A DNA stretch of 64,000 nt from an uncultured Pelagibacteraceae bacterium. GTDB lineage: Bacteria > Pseudomonadota > Alphaproteobacteria > Pelagibacterales > Pelagibacteraceae. How positions within the stretch are numbered: the stretch's first letter is position 1; every line of letters begins with the position of its first letter. This document shows, piece after piece, positions 63,258-64,000 of this stretch. The notes under the pieces were generated by a model. The model saw only the letters and a program-made list of their open reading frames with translations, searched no databases and had not been told where the DNA came from. The translations under genes and the position numbers were made by a program. The DNA is taken from positions 3,255 to 67,254 of the forward strand of contig CABXRS010000003.1 of the NCBI GenBank assembly GCA_902514665.1, read 5' to 3'.

Positions 63258-64000
63258 TTATTCTAAAATTTTATCTATTCTATCAGCATAATATGAAACA
63301 ATAGCGTTTGCTCCTGCACGTTTAAAAGAAACTAAACTCTCATAAACAGCATTTTTTTGTATTAGTCTTTTATTAATAGCAGTTTCCAAAAGACTGTATT
63401 CACCAGATACTTGGTAGGCCATGACTGGAATTTTAAATTTTTCTTTTATTGATCTAATTACATCTAAATATGGCATCCCTGGCTTAACCATAATCATATC
63501 TGCACCTTCCTTTATATCTAAAGCAACTTCCCGTATAGCCTCATCACTATTTCTAAAGTCCATTTGATAAGTTTTTTTATCACCTTTAAGTGAACTTTTA
63601 GATCCAACCGCATCTCTAAAAGGTCCATAAAAACTAGAGGCATACTTTGCAGCATAGGATAAAATTTGGATATTTTTAAAATTAGAATTATCAAGTGCTT
63701 TTCTTATTTTTCCTATTCTTCCATCCATCATATCTGAAGGTGCGAGAACATCACATCCCATTTCAGCCTGTAATAGAGATTGATTTATTAGTACTTCAAT
63801 TGTTTCATCATTAATTACTTGATTAGACTTCATTAAACCATCATGACCATGTGACGTATAAGGATCCAGTGCAACATCACACATAATTCCAATTTGGTTT
63901 TTATATCTTTTTTTAATTTCTAATAAGGCCCTGCAAACTAAATTATTTTCATTTAATGACTCAGAACCTAAATCATTTTTTAAAGTATTTTTCGTCTTAG
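63258..64000 (-). CDS. hemB: Porphobilinogen synthase (Asp-rich, zinc-independent type), 3' part; runs off window end
   Basis: DVALDPYTSHGHDG, APSDMMDGR, SSFYGPFRDA, MVKPG, AYQVSGEY; frame open to position 64000. Confidence 0.96.
   Translation of the reverse strand, partial: KTKNTLKNDLGSESLNENNLVCRALLEIKKRYKNQIGIMCDVALDPYTSHGHDGLMKSNQVINDETIEVLINQSLLQAEMGCDVLAPSDMMDGRIGKIRKALDNSNFKNIQILSYAAKYASSFYGPFRDAVGSKSSLKGDKKTYQMDFRNSDEAIREVALDIKEGADMIMVKPGMPYLDVIRSIKEKFKIPVMAYQVSGEYSLLETAINKRLIQKNAVYESLVSFKRAGANAIVSYYADRIDKILE

Noticed and set aside
1-64000. CRISPR arrays, IS elements, prophage, defence systems, rRNA, tmRNA, metabolite riboswitches
   Set aside because: No repeats or spacers and no recombinase or transposase genes. 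The only intergenic regions over about 100 bp are 375-502 and 13099-13265, and neither shows such a motif by eye.

Overview
A very AT-rich (roughly 30% GC by eye), extremely compact core-genome segment of a streamlined alphaproteobacterium. Gene order, sequences and near-zero intergenic spaces point to SAR11/Ca. Pelagibacter (inference). From 1 to 30 kb there is a partial TrmH/RlmB methyltransferase, tRNA-Tyr/Gly, tuf, tRNA-Trp, secE-nusG-rplKAJL-rpoBC, and the str, S10, spc and alpha ribosomal-protein clusters ending in rluC. From 30 to 64 kb are housekeeping genes: lipB, mgtE, panC, galU-ugd, Rid, topA, plsY, pyrBC', ruvX, gatCAB, an O-methyltransferase-trhO pair, MATE, an SNase, soxBDAG, tRNA-Ser, slt, dapA, smpB, folK, rel, pyrE, pdxJ, acpS, lepB, rnc, recO and partial hemB. 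I saw no mobile element, CRISPR array or island. The best candidate for an undescribed system is a TrmR/CCoAOMT-family O-methyltransferase translationally coupled to the tRNA U34 hydroxylase TrhO behind gatCAB, suggesting an O2-dependent ho5U to mo5U wobble-modification module. Other notable items are a Rel protein lacking most of its AH/ZFD region, a pseudo-dihydroorotase, a structured rpsL leader with alternative pairings, recurrent TTG-N16-TA and leaderless-type promoters, and several locally missing genes (rpmD, era, rpoZ, dprA, the str-linked tuf).
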